From the human T2T-CHM13v2.0 reference genome, Homo sapiens: 64,000 bases of DNA. This document shows, piece by piece, positions 14,031 to 28,800 of the stretch. Positions within the stretch are counted from its first letter, which is position 1. The number at the start of each line of letters is the position of its first letter. The notes beneath the pieces are model-generated. The model saw only the letters and a program-made list of their open reading frames with translations. It made no database searches and had not been told where the DNA came from. Position numbers and translations under genes: made by a program. The stretch lies in the NCBI RefSeq assembly GCF_009914755.1, contig NC_060926.1; one strand, given 5' to 3'.

Positions 14031-15339
14031 GGAATCATTTTAAGAGATTTAGACCATAAGTAAGGAATGACTTTAATAAGGACATAGATTGGTTCACTTG
14101 TGAGCATTGTAAACTGACTCTGAAGGCAGTTTGCGAAGAGGAAAGACTAGTATTTTGAGCTATGGCACCACCATTAAACAAAATGCCTGACCTACCAGCC
14201 AAAGTGACCATTTTGCAGTGGAGGGCTCTCCTTTGGGATATTTGCTTTCTGACCCCAAAGAGAGCAAAAAGTAAGGATGCCTGCGGTAAACATTCAGTTT
14301 CCCTATTTCCCAATCCCACAGTCCACAGACACACGATTTAAAAGTATTTTATTGTTCAACAAAATTAAAATAGCTGATACCAAAATGAGGCCATGGCCAA
14401 ATTCCTGGAGAATTACCTGCGGCCTGCCTATGAAATGCCAAAGCCGCAGAAAAAGGGTAGGCATTAGCAGCAGCAGCCCAAGTCCTTTCTCCCACAGAAT
14501 GAATGCATTTCAAGGACATCTCCCATGGCTCATGGCTGTTTCATTCCACGGCTGTCTGTTCTTGAAAACGCAGAGGCTCAAAGGACAGCCACCTTCGTAG
14601 CTTGTATAGCAGGAATGTTGGTTTCATTAGTGATCAAAACTTGCACTGTGAGAGTCCTGATGTTATTTTTAACATTTCAAGCTCCTTTAACTGTGATTCT
14701 CAGTAAAGTCATTATCCAAAATGCTGTTAGAAGTTGATTTGCTAAAAGTTTGGCCCTGGAACATCAGGCGTTCTTGCTCTTTGCTCTCCTGTAGGTCAGG
14801 AAGCAAATGCCTCCTCTCAATTCCTCTTATGTCCAATTTCTATCAGGTGGGTGAGGCGGTTTTCCTCCTCAATTTCCCTGCTGCAGTCCTGCTGCAGTCT
14901 TGCTGCTCTTTGAAAGAAATAAAAGAGTTTCAAATGCATTATGCCTAGCTAAAGTGTGGTGATCGTGTTGTTAATATAAAAATGATACACACTTTGGTCA
15001 AGAGATTTTTTTCTTCTCAAGGTTTTCTCTGTTATATCTATCTCCCTGAAGTCATGAGAATCAAATTTTATATAATTGGGAGTAGTTTAATATTAAGGAG
15101 ACAGTGTGCTTTTTTAGTTATGATGTCTGTTCATTCTTATTTAGAGCACTGAGGATTTTACATCCCAGACCTAGAAGAGGTGATGACAGTGGCATTGGTG
15201 ACAACCTTATTGAGATCAAGAAGGAAGGCCCTCAAGAGCAGGGAACTGGGTCAGTATGAATTTTTTTCAATGACCAGGGATCCATTGTATCCTAGATGTG
15301 GCAGTAGTAGTAGTAGTAGCAACAATGACAGCAATGAGA

Positions 15340-15560
15340 AATGAAACCTATTGAGAATGTACTCTCTGCTAGTTTATAGGTTTTTAAAGCTGTTTTCTAG
15401 CATAATTCTCTAATTCTCTCATCACTATGTCGCATGAGCAGCAATATTTTACAGATGAGAAAAGCAGAGCACAGAGGGGTTAAGTGACTGTCCAATGCAA
15501 AACTGAGAAAATGGCAGAGTTGGGATTTGAACCCAATAAGCTTGACTCCATAGCCCCATG
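15340..15560 (-). mobile_element. MIR SINE
   Basis: ATTTTACAGATGAGAAAAGCAGAGCACAGAGGGGTTAAGTGACT...GGGATTTGAACCCA. Confidence 0.8.
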
Positions 15561-15779
15561 CTTCCCTGTTACAGTGCTCGCTCTCTCTCCAGTTTGCCTA
15601 ATTGACACATGTAACTTCTGAGAGTGCAGAACTGTACTTCTGAAATTGGTAGTGAACATGGAGGCAGGCAGAAATAGAGTGTGATGATGAAGATACAGTC
15701 AAACCCTACAAACCAGGCAAAGGCTAGAGTCATTGCTTAGTTGTTCCCGTAGAACTTTCTGCTTACCCCATCACAGCCA

Positions 15780-15940
15780 TTGACTCTGTACTTTATTTCC
15801 TGTGTGCCTGTTTCCTCCAGTAAATTCTAAGTTCTTTGAAATAAGGGCTATGTTTTGTTCAAAATGGGATTTATAACATCCAGCAAAATAACCAGAATGT
15901 AATAGATATATGGTAAATATTCATTGACTTGATGAATAAT
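15780..15940 (+). mobile_element. L2 3' end
   Basis: TAAGTTCTTTGAAATAAGGGCTATGTTTTGTTCA...TAAATATTCATTGA. Confidence 0.55.
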
Positions 15941-16127
15941 CACAAATGGAATGGGCACATGTAATATATAGAAAAATTATTTAAATTCTGATTCTAGGAT
16001 ACTGGCTGGCACACTGAATTGTCAGATTCCTATCTTCTATGCAACTGATATAGTTCTTACCTTCTTCTCTACTCCATAGGCAGACAGGGATATCTGTGGG
16101 ATGTGTACCCATAAATACACATAGACA

Positions 16128-16292
16128 GAAGATAGATGATAGATAGAAGATAGATAAATAGATAGATGATAGGTATATATATGTGTGTGTATATATATGT
16201 ATATATGGGTATGTGTGTGTATCTGTGCGTGTATATATATACATATATATAATGTAGGTATGTATACACATTATTTTTATATATAATGTGTG
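16128..16292. repeat. degenerate (GATA)n/(TA)n/(TG)n simple repeat
   Basis: Direct reading. Confidence 0.85.
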
Positions 16293-16646
16293 CATATTAG
16301 TCGGTTTTCATGCTGCTGATAAAGACATAACTGAGACTGGGCAATTTTCAAAAGAAAGAGATTTAATTGGATTTACAGTTCCACGTGGCTAGGGAGCCTC
16401 ACAATCATGGCGGAAGGCAAGGAGAAGCAAGTCACATCTTACATGGATGGCAGCAGGCAAAGAGAGAGGACCTGTGAGGAAAACTCCTCTTTTTAAAACC
16501 ATCAGATCTCATGAGACTTATTCACTATCATGAGAAGAGCATGGGAAAGACTTGCCCCATTATTCAATTACCTCCCACTGGGTTCCTCACACAACATACG
16601 GGAATTCAAGATGAGATTTGGGTGGGGACACAGCCAAACCATATCA
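16293..16646 (-). mobile_element. THE1B-like MaLR solo LTR
   Basis: TATTAGTCGGTTTTCATGCTGCTGATAAAGACATA...GGGTGGGGACACAGCCAAACCATATCA; GTGTG on both flanks. Confidence 0.9.
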
Positions 16647-16667
16647 GTGTGTGTGTGTATGTATGTA

Positions 16668-16722
16668 TAGATAGATAGATAGATAGATAGATGATAGATA
16701 GATAGATAGATAGATAGATAGA
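16668..16722. repeat. tetranucleotide STR [TAGA]6 TGA [TAGA]7
   Basis: Counted directly. Confidence 0.95.
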
Positions 16723-16794
16723 CACATTATATATAGATAAATATATTTTTCCCAAGTGTCCTGAACACTTTGAAAGTTGATGTATTTTGTATTT

Positions 16795-17645
16795 ACAGCC
16801 AACTTATCTTCAACAAAGGATACAAAAACATTAAGTGCAGAAAGGACACTCTATCCAATAAATGGAGCTGGGATAATTGGCAAGCCACATGTAGAAAATG
16901 AAACTGAATCATCATCTCTCACATTATATAGAAATCAACTCAAGATGGATCAAAGTCTTAAATCTAAAATCTGAAACATAAAAATTCTAGAAGATAGGAT
17001 CAGAAAAACTCTTCTATACACTGGCTTAGGCAAAGAATTCATGAGCAAGAACCCAAAAGCAAATGCAATAAAATCAAAAATAAATAAATGGGACCTAATA
17101 AAACTAAAAAGCTCTGCACAGCTTTAATAATCAGCAATTATCAACAGTTATCAAAAATAATCAACAGTTATCAGACAACCCACAGAGTGAGAGAAGATAT
17201 TCACAAACTATGCATCTAACAAAGGACTAATATCCAGTATCTACAGTGAACTCAAACAAATGAGCAAGAAAAACATCAGATAATCCCATCAAAAAGTGGG
17301 CAAAGGACATGAATAGACAATTCTCAAAAGAAGATATACAAACTGCCAACAATCATATGAAAAAATGCTCATCATCACTAATTCAGGGAAATGCAAATTA
17401 AAACCACAAAGAGATGTAACTTTACTTTTGCAAGAATGGCCATAATTAAAAAATCAAAAAATAATAGTTGTTGGTGTGGATGTGGTGGAAAGGGAACCCT
17501 TTTACATTACCGGTGGGCTTGTAAAACTAGTACAACCACCATGGAAAACAGTATGGAGATTCCTTAAAGAACTAAAAGTAGAACTACCATTTGATTCAGC
17601 AATCCCACTACTGGGTATCTACCCAAAGGAAAAGAAGTCATTATA

Positions 17646-17676
<31 letters not shown>

Positions 17677-18160
17677 TCGCACACGTTTATGGCAGCACAA
17701 TTCGCAACTGCAAAGATATGGAAGCAACCTAAATAACTATTGACCAATGAGAGGATAAAGGAAATGTGACATACATACATCATGGAATACTACTCAGTCA
17801 TAAAATGGAAAGAAATAATGGCTTTTGCAGCAACTTGGATGGAGTTGAAGGGCATTATTCTAAGTGAAGTAACTCAGGAATGGAAAACCAAATATAGTAT
17901 GTTCTCACTTATAAGTGGGAACTAAGGTATGAAGACACAAAAGTATATAATGGTATAATGGACTTTGGGGACTTGAGGGAAAAGGTGGAGGGGGTGAGAG
18001 ACAAAAGACTACATTTTGGGTACAGTGTATACTGCTCAGGTGACAGGTGCAACAAAGTCTCAGAAATCACCACTAAAGAACTTATCCATGTAAACAAAAC
18101 CACCTATTCTCCAAAAGCTGTTGAAATTAAAATTCAAAAAATAAAAATAAAAATAAATAC
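16795..18160 (+). mobile_element. 5'-truncated L1PB (L1PB1-like) 3' end
   Basis: ORF2 C-terminal homology (ORF track 17476: [29 protein letters not shown]), L1PB 3'UTR CAGAAATCACCACTAAAGAACTTATCCATG and an A-rich tail. Confidence 0.85.
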
Positions 18161-18161
18161 C

Positions 18162-18465
<304 letters not shown>

Positions 18466-18487
18466 TTTAAAATTTTTTAATGTATTT

Positions 18488-18715
18488 TTAGTTTTTTGTT
18501 TTTTATTTTTGTTTTAGGTTTGGGGTACACGTGCAGGTTTATTACATAGGTAAACTTGTGTCATGGGAGTTTGTTGTACAGATTATTTTATCACCCGGTT
18601 ATTAAGTAAGTCTAGTACCCATTAGTTAACTTTCCTGATCCTCTTCTTCCTCCCACTCTCCACCCTCCGGTAGGCCCCAGTGTCTATTCTCCTCTACCTG
18701 TCCGTGTGATCTCAA
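18488..18715 (-). mobile_element. L1PA13-like 3' end fragment
   Basis: GGGGTACACGTGCAGGTTTATTACATAGGTAAAC...GTAGGCCCCAGTGTC. Confidence 0.8.
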
Positions 18716-19720
18716 TTGATATATTTTGGGTCTGCAAATATCTATGCTGTACCAATTCAAGTTCAGAAAATGATGAAATTTAGAGCCATTGAACATTGGC
18801 TTAAATGGCTCTGAATTAAAATAATCTGGACATATGAATTTTAATTTTCCAACGTCCCTCATGGAAGCTGCTAAGTGAATGTGAAGAAGGCCTTGGGTGT
18901 CAGGACTTAACAGCCAGGTGGATTGCGCTGCTGCAGATTCATCCACATGCCTGATGAATCCAGGTCAGCCAAGCTTAATGTTAGTTTCTACAACTTTAGA
19001 AAGTAACTAAAAGTTACTGAAATCCAGCAGACAAATCACTTGCATCTTTCTGGTTCCTGCACCTGCTGCTCAGATTTCTGGTAGAACACGCTTCCCACTT
19101 TCCTTGCCTGATTTTGGAACCTTGTTGCTGAGCCCAGACTGTGATTCCCCGCCTGCATCTCTCATTCCATGCCGTAATTCTTTAATTCCCGGGAATCTTC
19201 TGGTTTGGGACCACCTGCTAATCCCTTTGTACATTCCCTTTGCCTTTCCCTGAGCATTCTGGATTTATCTGCTTGCCTTATGCCTGACCCACTTCTTATC
19301 CCGATTCCAGCTACATTCAAGTGGTCCTGAATTTCCTGTCACAATGGACACCTCTGCTAACCTTAGCTACTTCTAGCCAGTGACCTCACCAAATCCACCA
19401 GTGCTGAGCTCAGGTTCATAGCCAGCTGGCTTCCGTCCTCTCATCAGAGGTGCTGCTGCTGTGCTCTGGCATGGGCCTGCTCCTCTGTGCTAAATCTCTG
19501 TATACCAACTCCACACTCTCTGATGGGAAATTTCCTCCTTTTTGCCTCTTTAATTTCCTATGCTATCTTAGAAACCAGCTTTTTCCCACATGGAATTCCT
19601 GTTCTCTTTATTCCTACTCTTCTGCCTAGGCAGGCTGAGCCTCAAGCCAAGCTTGTTGTCTCTGAACTTAGGACTCTGATCCCCAAAACAGTTGTCTTTC
19701 CAACTGCAAAAACCTTAGAG

Positions 19721-19907
19721 CAGTGATTCTTAAAATGTGGTCCTGGGTTGAGCAGCAGATGCATTGCCTGGGAACTTGTTAGAAATGCAATTTTTCATGC
19801 CTCACTTCAGATCTATTGAATAAGAAACTCTGGAGGTGGGCTTGGAATTCAGCATGTTATCAAGTCCACCAGGTGATGCTAAGGATGCTCAAATCCAAGG
19901 ACCATTG
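19721..19907. mobile_element. MER5A hAT-Charlie MITE with perfect 8-bp TSD
   Basis: CAGTGATTCTTAAA...GGACCATTG termini, core GAACTTGTTAGAAATGCAA, TSD CCTTAGAG at 19713-19720 and 19908-19915. Confidence 0.9.
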
Positions 19908-20029
19908 CCTTAGAGAAATGTTGCCTTTACTCTGGCCTAATCTTCTTTCTCTTCCTGTTGCCTTTTGAGCTTAGGACAGACATATAATTTCTATTTAGTT
20001 CCTGTTTCTGAATCCCTGCTTCTCTGGGC

Positions 20030-20066
20030 GTTGTTGTTGTTGTTGTTGTTGTTGTTGTGTGTGTGT
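20030..20066. repeat. (GTT)n(GT)n microsatellite
   Basis: Direct reading. Confidence 0.9.
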
Positions 20067-21899
20067 ATCTGAATCCTAGATAGTCAACCTGCCATTAATA
20101 AAATATCTCTGCTTGGTCATACTCAGCTGCCTTCCCACTGTATGTCCCACTGAAACTGCAGCCATGCCAGTGTCAACAGTATACAAGTCCCACTCTGCCA
20201 AGTGGCAGCACTGCCGCACACATCCTGCTACATTGTGAGCAATGGCTGGGTAGAGTCATTCTGCAATGCAGAAGCTGACCTCATGTGGTCATTTGTATCT
20301 TGTCATGCCTCTGAGCAATGGCATCCAGGAGGAAGGATACTTAAGAAGTACCAGGGTAGATGAACCCCTCTGCTTACTGCAATCTTAATCATCCTTATTT
20401 CCGCCCTCTAAAGAATCCCAAGCAATTGAGGGCCAACTTCAGAAATAAATGAGAACATTTTCATGGTAAAATCAATACTTATAGACTTTTGAAACGTAGT
20501 GTCCTGTTGAATATAAACAACCTCATCACACTAGTAGTAGATGCTTGGTTGAAGCCAGCAAGAAGTATATAAAACCTAATAGCACTATATCTCTAGTCAT
20601 TTTGCATTTATGATCCTACATTTGAAAGGCCAAGGGAAACTGTGTTCTAGGGCCTGAAGAAAGTGTTTGTAGATAGCACAGAGCTGGTGCAAGCCACTAC
20701 ATCAGGTTAATTCCAGTTAAAAAATTAAACAGGGTAAATTTTTATTTCTAAGCCAATGTTAGCAGTTAGTTTTGACAGGAAAAAAATACATCTGAGATCA
20801 ATGTGTATTTTTTTGTGTTTGTTTTTGCCCACACTTCTTCCAAGTAGTCTCATTTCCCTTTGGTGCATCCTAATCTCAATTAACCAAGCAAGTGTATTAG
20901 TCTGGAGTTTGAGAAAACATCAGTTTGAGAAGCAATTGAGATGATGTTGTCTGTGACTGGCTGCCACTTAGTCTTGCAAACCATCTCTGGAAGAGGTGAC
21001 TTAGGAGTGTGTCTGGAGGCCTCCATCCATGTTACCTTTAGATGCAGGCACCTTATTAACTGGACCAGGAAGGCCTTGTTTTTGCAAAATGCACAGTTGC
21101 AGTGAAAGAGGGAATGAAATCATGTTTCTGATTTCGTGCAGCCAGATAAGAAGCAACTCTTCCTAAATGTAAACACCCCATCTTCAGCCCTGCACTATTG
21201 CTGAGCCCCCTCTACCAAACATCCTTAATCTCTAGGGCATGTTCTGTCAACATCTATATCTGAGCACATTTGATGGACTGGTGGGCAGAGTAGCCAGGAG
21301 CCAGCTTGCTTAAGGTTTTTATGTTTTGAAGTTTGTATTTTGCCCAGAGGATTCTGGGAAATGACTGGAATTGGTAGACCACATAGTGTTTACCTAAGAA
21401 ATGGCATCCCAGCCTGGATTTTATCACATATCTGGGCCCTAGAGAGAGAAAGTGAAAGTCCAGTTTTTATAAGGCACTCAGTAAGGAGATGGAGGCCAGG
21501 TGAGAAGGTTCAGTGAGTGGTTTTGACCTGGCAAAGATAACAGTGCCTGCACAATTCAAAATAGCACTGGGACAATATCTACGTAGGGCAGGGGCATCAG
21601 TGTTGCTGTGAGGCCTTAGTAGCAATGGAAGTAGTAAGGTGCTGCCCTTTCATGGCTGCCAACAGTCAAGGAGAAAAGAAGAGCAAATCACCATAAGTCT
21701 AGGAGACTCAGAAATATTACAGAGAAATTATTTCCTAAGGAATAGTACCAGCAGATTTAGAGTGTTGGTCTAATTTGGCCCATATTTATTCCAATACTGG
21801 TAAAACGAGTTACCCAAGAAAACTCAAGGTCTATGAAATCCATTAAGGAGTCAGTCTTGCTTCTATTTTCTCAGGTCATCTCTTCGCCCCCAGCTTTCC

Positions 21900-22350
21900 A
21901 GAAATTCCACTCCCATAGGATGAAATCCACACCCCTTATATTAGCACTCCAGATCATTGAGTTGGTCCCCATTGAACTTAGTGATCTTCTCATTTCATTT
22001 TCCTAACAGCACTTTGGTCACATGTATATCTATATGGTGTCCTCTAATGTGTCTTCTCTCTGCCCCTCTGAACTTCCTTATTTGTCAAAGCCAGGTCATG
22101 CTCTGCCATTTCTTTGAAGCTTTCTTTGATCATCTCAGTCGGCCCCCAGTGATCTTTCACATTGAAATTCTTTCTCAGTTTGACATTTCCTTCTACATTA
22201 TTCATTTAGCTTTTAGCATACATTACCTTATGTGTTAGTCATCTTTTCATGTATACATTTTGCTCATCTCCCCAGATGTATTACAAGCCCATTTACTTCT
22301 CCTCAGCCTCCTGCTGGGTCTGGCCCACTGTTGGGCATGTGAGGCTGGTG
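21900..22350 (+). mobile_element. diverged L2 fragment
   Basis: Pyrimidine-rich L2 3' motifs; boundaries approximate. Confidence 0.45.
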
Positions 22351-22779
22351 AGAATTGTTGCATGATTGAGCCACTGATTATCTGACATTGGTATCTTGGT
22401 GTGATTGACTCATGCTTCATTTTTGTTGAGATATGGGAGCAGAACAGAAGGTCCCAGTAAATGGCTCTTCAGTGCATGAGCATATTTATCAGTACTTTGG
22501 CTCTCACTGATTTATGACCCTCTGGTGTTCACCCCTGCTGCCTCGGTTTTCAGACCATCCCAGGCAGTGGGTGGTTTGAGCCGTTTGCTGACTTTTTGAG
22601 TGGGAGTGTGGTGTCCTGGGGCAAGGATGAAATGATCAGGCTCATTTTCATTTTTGAACATAAATTCCCTGAGGCCTGGATTTATTTTCTTGGAATAAAG
22701 TCATATAATAGTAGAATGTCAGAGCAGGGAAGAAACTTATATGTTGCATCGTTATCATTATCATCTTTATCATTGAGCC

Positions 22780-22990
22780 AGATGGATTTGAGTTTGAACT
22801 CATAGTCTTACATTTATGACAACTTCAACCTTGCACAGGTCAGTAACTTTCCTAAGACTGTTTTATCTGCAAAGTGGTGGCAATACTCTTACTTGGAAAG
22901 TTACTGGTGGAGATTAAGTAAATTATTGCATGTGAAGTATCAAGAGTCACAATTGGCTACAAAAGTAGAAAGTGCCTAATAAATAATAAC
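22780..22990 (+). mobile_element. MIR SINE
   Basis: GAGTTTGAACTC...TTTTATCTGCAAAGTGG...GGAGATTAAGTAAATTATTGCATGTGAAG. Confidence 0.7.
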
Positions 22991-23699
22991 TGCAATATCA
23001 ATTATTAACCAACTACATAAATTTAGTATATTTCTTGTAATAGGTATCAGGGATATAAAAGCATTATCGTAAATAGCCTTTTCCAAAGATGCCATTAAAT
23101 TCAGTTACAGAAATAGAACATAAATATAAAAGATAATGAAATTTAAATTTGACCAAAATTAATGAAATTCTGCTACTGTGACAGGTACAAGGACAAATCC
23201 AAGCTACACGAAGATGACACATATGCTGCCTACTCTCAAGGAGCTGTCAATAGTACCAGGAAACCAGATGCAATTTGAAGTAACAAATAGGGGAAATACA
23301 GGTATATTTGTTATATAGATCTAAGAGTCCTTTTGTCTGCAAGTAATAACTTTGAAAAAGTTCAAACTGTTTTAAGCATTAAAGGTGATATATTGTTTTA
23401 ATATGAATAAGTTCAGACTAAGGACTGCGAGGCAACCACTAATATCTTGGTCTATGTAAATCTAGCTGTAAAATGCATAAACTGCATGACCCTGTGTAGT
23501 GGACCCTCATATGGTAGTATTCAGGGCTGGTGGGCTAGTAGTTCAACAACGTCACCAAGGACTTAGATTTTTTCTGTCTTTTCTTTCTTCTGCCTACCAT
23601 GGTAGCTTTAAACTTGGTGTTGTAGTTTGGTTCATGATAGTCATTAAAGTTCCTTGTTTCCTTTTTGTGTCCAGAAAAATAGATTAAAAAATGGAAGTG

Positions 23700-23997
<298 letters not shown>

Positions 23998-24294
23998 GAA
24001 GTTGGGTGAGGTAGGCAGAAAATCAAAAATCTTTTTATTTATTGGGCCAACGTTTTCACTTAGCCAAGGATAATATCATATGGGATTGGATTATGTTTGG
24101 GTTTCCAAACCATCAATAATCACTGTTGCCTCCAACTAATAAAGATACACCTTTGGACCTAGAGTCAGTGCCCTAAACCACTTGGCTGCTACACAAATAG
24201 AGAGGGTGGAATACACATTGGAGGGTCACACACAATATGCAGCACTGGGCCTAAGTACAATATGAGACCAGTTGACTTCATGGCTTTATTTATA

Positions 24295-24932
<638 letters not shown>

Positions 24933-26267
24933 TACATTGTTTCTTTTTATCAATAATCTTCATCCTGGACTAGTTATGCCAAGATGCTAAAACATATATT
25001 ATCTTTTACTCAATTATAATGCCTAAATTATATAAATCCCCCATTAGGCAGTGTTAGTTATGGAAATGATGGATAGGGTGCGTCCTACTGACCTACTAGC
25101 TAAAGGAAGTTTTTGAGATTTTTGTAAGTTGTTTTTCTAAACATCTCAGGGTTTTATTTCAGTATTCTTGTTCAGAGTACAAGTAGGATACCCGTTAGAT
25201 ATTCAATCATCAATAGTGAGAAATTAATTCTGGCAATAATTAGTGGGTGTTAAAGGATAAGCAGGATTTCACTCAGCAAAATAGGTGACGAGAAGAATTT
25301 CTCAGGCAGAGGGAGCATCCTAAGTGCAGATAAAGAGGCCAAAAAATGATGTGATGTATTTGTGAAATGGTGAATGCTCCAGGATTGTTAAAACCTTAGG
25401 CTTGTAGAGAAGGAAAGTGATGAGTGATGATGAATCTGGAAGTAAAGTTTGAGGCTTGTACTGGTCAATTGCTTCATTGTAAGCAAGAGACACTGTGATT
25501 GGCTGGCTTATGCCCAAGAAAAGAAAGCATGTGTTTAAATAGATCAAGAGTAACTCACAGAATCTTCTAAAAACCTGGAAAATCAGGCACAGAACACAGG
25601 CAAAGAAAAGAGAAACTAAGCAACCCAAGCCACAGCAAATTAACCCCCAAATCAGCCTCAGGATGACACCATTGTCCGCACCATGCTACAGCTTCTGTGC
25701 AGACACCTCTGGATGCTGGCCCCACCATTAGCAGCTGCAGTTGCTGCAGTCCCGCCGCCAGCATGAATCCTTCACTGCTTCTCCACATTGCTCACTCCCA
25801 CCTCAAAGTCAGAAACAGGCATACCTGAGATTCTTAACATAAATTGCAAGTTAGGTGCCTAATACAAGAAAAGCTGGTAAATTGAGGATGCTTTCCAAAA
25901 AGGAGGATGATTTCCCAAACTTACAAAACATTTGTAATTAAGTCTTTCATCAATGGAGAATGCTACTGCTGATGGCAAAAGTGATGGGGAGAATGATGAC
26001 AATAGTGGCCATTACCATAGAGTGAATTACCTGATGCTTACCCTGACAACCACTTGAAGATGAGTATTATTATTTCCATTTAACACACAGGAAAACTGTC
26101 CACGATGGGTTAACTGTTAAAGGTACTTTCAGGGGATGTAGCATAATAAATATGCTCTAGAACGATCCCTTTCACAGCTGCAAGAAGGACAATTAGGAGT
26201 GGAGAGATTGTAGTCAAAGAGACTCAAGAGAGGATGACAGCCTAGAAGAGAAGAGGAAGAACTAGAG

Positions 26268-26440
26268 CAGTTTTCTCCAACTTCAATATGCATCAGAGTC
26301 ACCTGTGGGATTGTTAAAACCCAGGTCACTGGGTTCACACCCCAGAGTTTCTGATTCAGCAGGTCTGGCTGGCCTAGGAATTTGCAACTCTAACAAATTT
26401 CAAGTTGATGCTGCTGTTACTGGTACAGGGGGAAGTTTTA
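26268..26440. mobile_element. MER5-type hAT MITE
   Basis: CAGTTTTCTCCAACTT...CATCAGAGTCACCTG...CAGAGTTTCTGATTCAGCAGGTCTG...TCTAACAA. Confidence 0.75.
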
Positions 26441-27324
26441 AATTAAATGGATTCAATAGATCTAAATAAATGGATTAAAGAACTGTTCCCCAAATTCAGT
26501 AATATATGACACCCTTTTCATGAAATGTATTATTGAGACTATCAATACCTCTCCACTGTTTTTATCATATTACTTAAAATATAAAGATTCAAAATTAGGC
26601 ACAAACTCTTTATGCTATAGCTCACATACAACAATAAAACCTAAACCATATTTAAATTAAATACAAACAACATTATGAAATTAATAAAATTCAAATTAAT
26701 ATTAATTTAAACATAACATTATATTGGTCTACTGAAATTAAATGTCTGTTGTTTCATTTAATAGAAAACAACATATAGCCTCAAAACTAATTTTATTTTT
26801 AATCTACTTTCATAATACTTGTGTTAGAAATGACCATTTGCATAAGTATATTTTGCAAAATGGTATATCAATAACTTCAAGGTTCTGTTTCCAACCTTAA
26901 ACTTAATCAAAACTCTGCCAGTGAGCACTTCTATAATGGCAGTTTTAATAAGATATTTTCTAGTACCTCTGTGAAGTGAGTTTCTTGTGTATTCTAAGAG
27001 AATTGTGACATTATCAAAATCTGGATTAAACAGTTACCTAATGTGGTTATTATTGAACTTGGGAACATAAAAATTTCTCATAACATATTTACAACTGTAC
27101 TTCTGCTGCTAGGGATCTGGTACAAATTAATATTTGCCATGATCTGTTCTGTGTCAATCTTTAATTCACACCACAGATACGAAGATAAATGGCAAGGCAC
27201 ATGTATATTAACCCTTTTAGTTCAGCATTTCTCACTACCACATGTCATGTGATGTTTCCATTCTACTTTTGCCATACTTTTCTCAAACTACTGAAAAACT
27301 TTTATTTATATAGCATATGACTGC

Positions 27325-27808
27325 ATTTGAGTTCTCTAGAGTCCATCTTTAAGATAAGAATTCTAATAAAAGAAATTGATTAGGAAGTGTTCTCAGGAAA
27401 AACTAAGTAGGCGAGTGAAGAAATGGGACAAGCTAGGAAAGAAAGCCAAGTGAAGGCATTATACCAAGGAAAGTCCTGCAGAGAAGATGGTTGGCTGAAT
27501 CCTGCAGAGGATCTCTGAAGATGGAGTGGGTCACACTCCAGAGTTCTCCTGACTAAGGACTAGGGAGCCTAAATATTTATATGCATGCATTCATCACACC
27601 CATTAGTCATTGGATAAAGGCTGTCCCTAGGGAGACATAAATTACCAAGCACTTCAGGAAGGCAGTCTCTAGCAACCTGAGGGTTACCCTCTGACAAAGA
27701 TATACAGGTGCCATCTGCTGAGTGTGAAAGCAGGCCATGAATCAGTGTGCATGAAAATGATAAGGGGATTGGAGGGGATATGGGTGGAGAACTGATATTG
27801 TCAACTAC
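27325..27808 (-). mobile_element. LTR16-like ERVL solo LTR
   Basis: Ends GGGGATATGGGTGGAGAACTGATATTGTCAACTACA; AG-rich body typical of reverse LTR16. Confidence 0.55.
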
Positions 27809-27849
27809 AACATCCTAGGACACTATTTGGCCTTTACTTATGAATATAT

Positions 27850-28545
27850 AATTTATTGTTCCTTGACTCCAAATCTAACCTTCTTTGCCTTATGCCACTG
27901 GAGCTAGACCCTGTGAATATTTCTCTATTACCAGCTGAATCCATGTTAGGTTTTGTCAATAGAGGATACTGGAGCAATGCTAAGCACAGCAACAGGGAGG
28001 GCCTTTTACCACTAGTTCTAATGTGCTGTTTGAGGAGCAGCTGCCTGAATATTAAAAATGAGAGGCCTAGGAGAACTCACCTCAGTAGCTCTCATGCAAC
28101 ACCTGTAGCCTACATTACGAGTTTCATCAATCACTGAGCGGACTGCCTCTATGAACCAGCTGGGACCCACTCTCACCTTTTCTCAAGCCTCTCAGCTACT
28201 TAGTGAACTAGTTCTAGAAACCAGCTCCAGTCTATGCCTTCTGGCAAGTTTCCTTACTCCCAGCAAGCTACACGTTTCTGTGACAACAACACTATCTGTA
28301 ATAAGGTCTGAATCTCAGCTTTGGGTGAGTCCTTTTGAGTATATAATTTTTTTCTTGTTCACGTTCTCTCAGCTCTACAGGTCATAGCTTCTTTTTGCAT
28401 TTGGTATGTCTGTATCCTTAAGAATCTTATTTTACTCCTTTTGATAGTTAACCAGCATTTAGTAGTTAATAATTCATTATATATATTTTTTCTCTTCAAA
28501 TTATTGGTGTGGTTTTTGTCTTCTGATTGAACCCTGACTGATTAA
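27850..28545. mobile_element. old ERVL-type LTR (LTR33/40/41-like)
   Basis: CCATGTTAGGTTTTGTCAATAGAGG and terminal CTGATTGAACCCTGACTGAT motifs. Confidence 0.45.
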
Positions 28546-28800
28546 AATGGATACTGAAATTGTGTGATGCTTAGTAATAAAGTTTCATCAAGCTCTAAAA
28601 TGTAAATTTTTAAAATACTTGGAATTTTGGATCCCAAAAAAATATGGCAAAAATCACTTTGAGAATCATAGGGTTAGAGGGACATTTTTTTTTTCTGAAA
28701 AATTTACAAGACTTGATAACCAATTGAATTTTAGCATCTAAGAAAATATTAAAGTGAAATAATAGAATGTTTTGCTTGGGAAGACTTGGTGCTTGATGAT

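Noticed and set aside
19000-19700. Pyrimidine-rich stretch, possibly an ancient LTR78-like element or an exon
   Set aside because: I could not identify termini or a coherent ORF
26480-27300. AT-rich stretch resembling a hAT-Charlie fossil
   Set aside because: Family and ends could not be supported by eye
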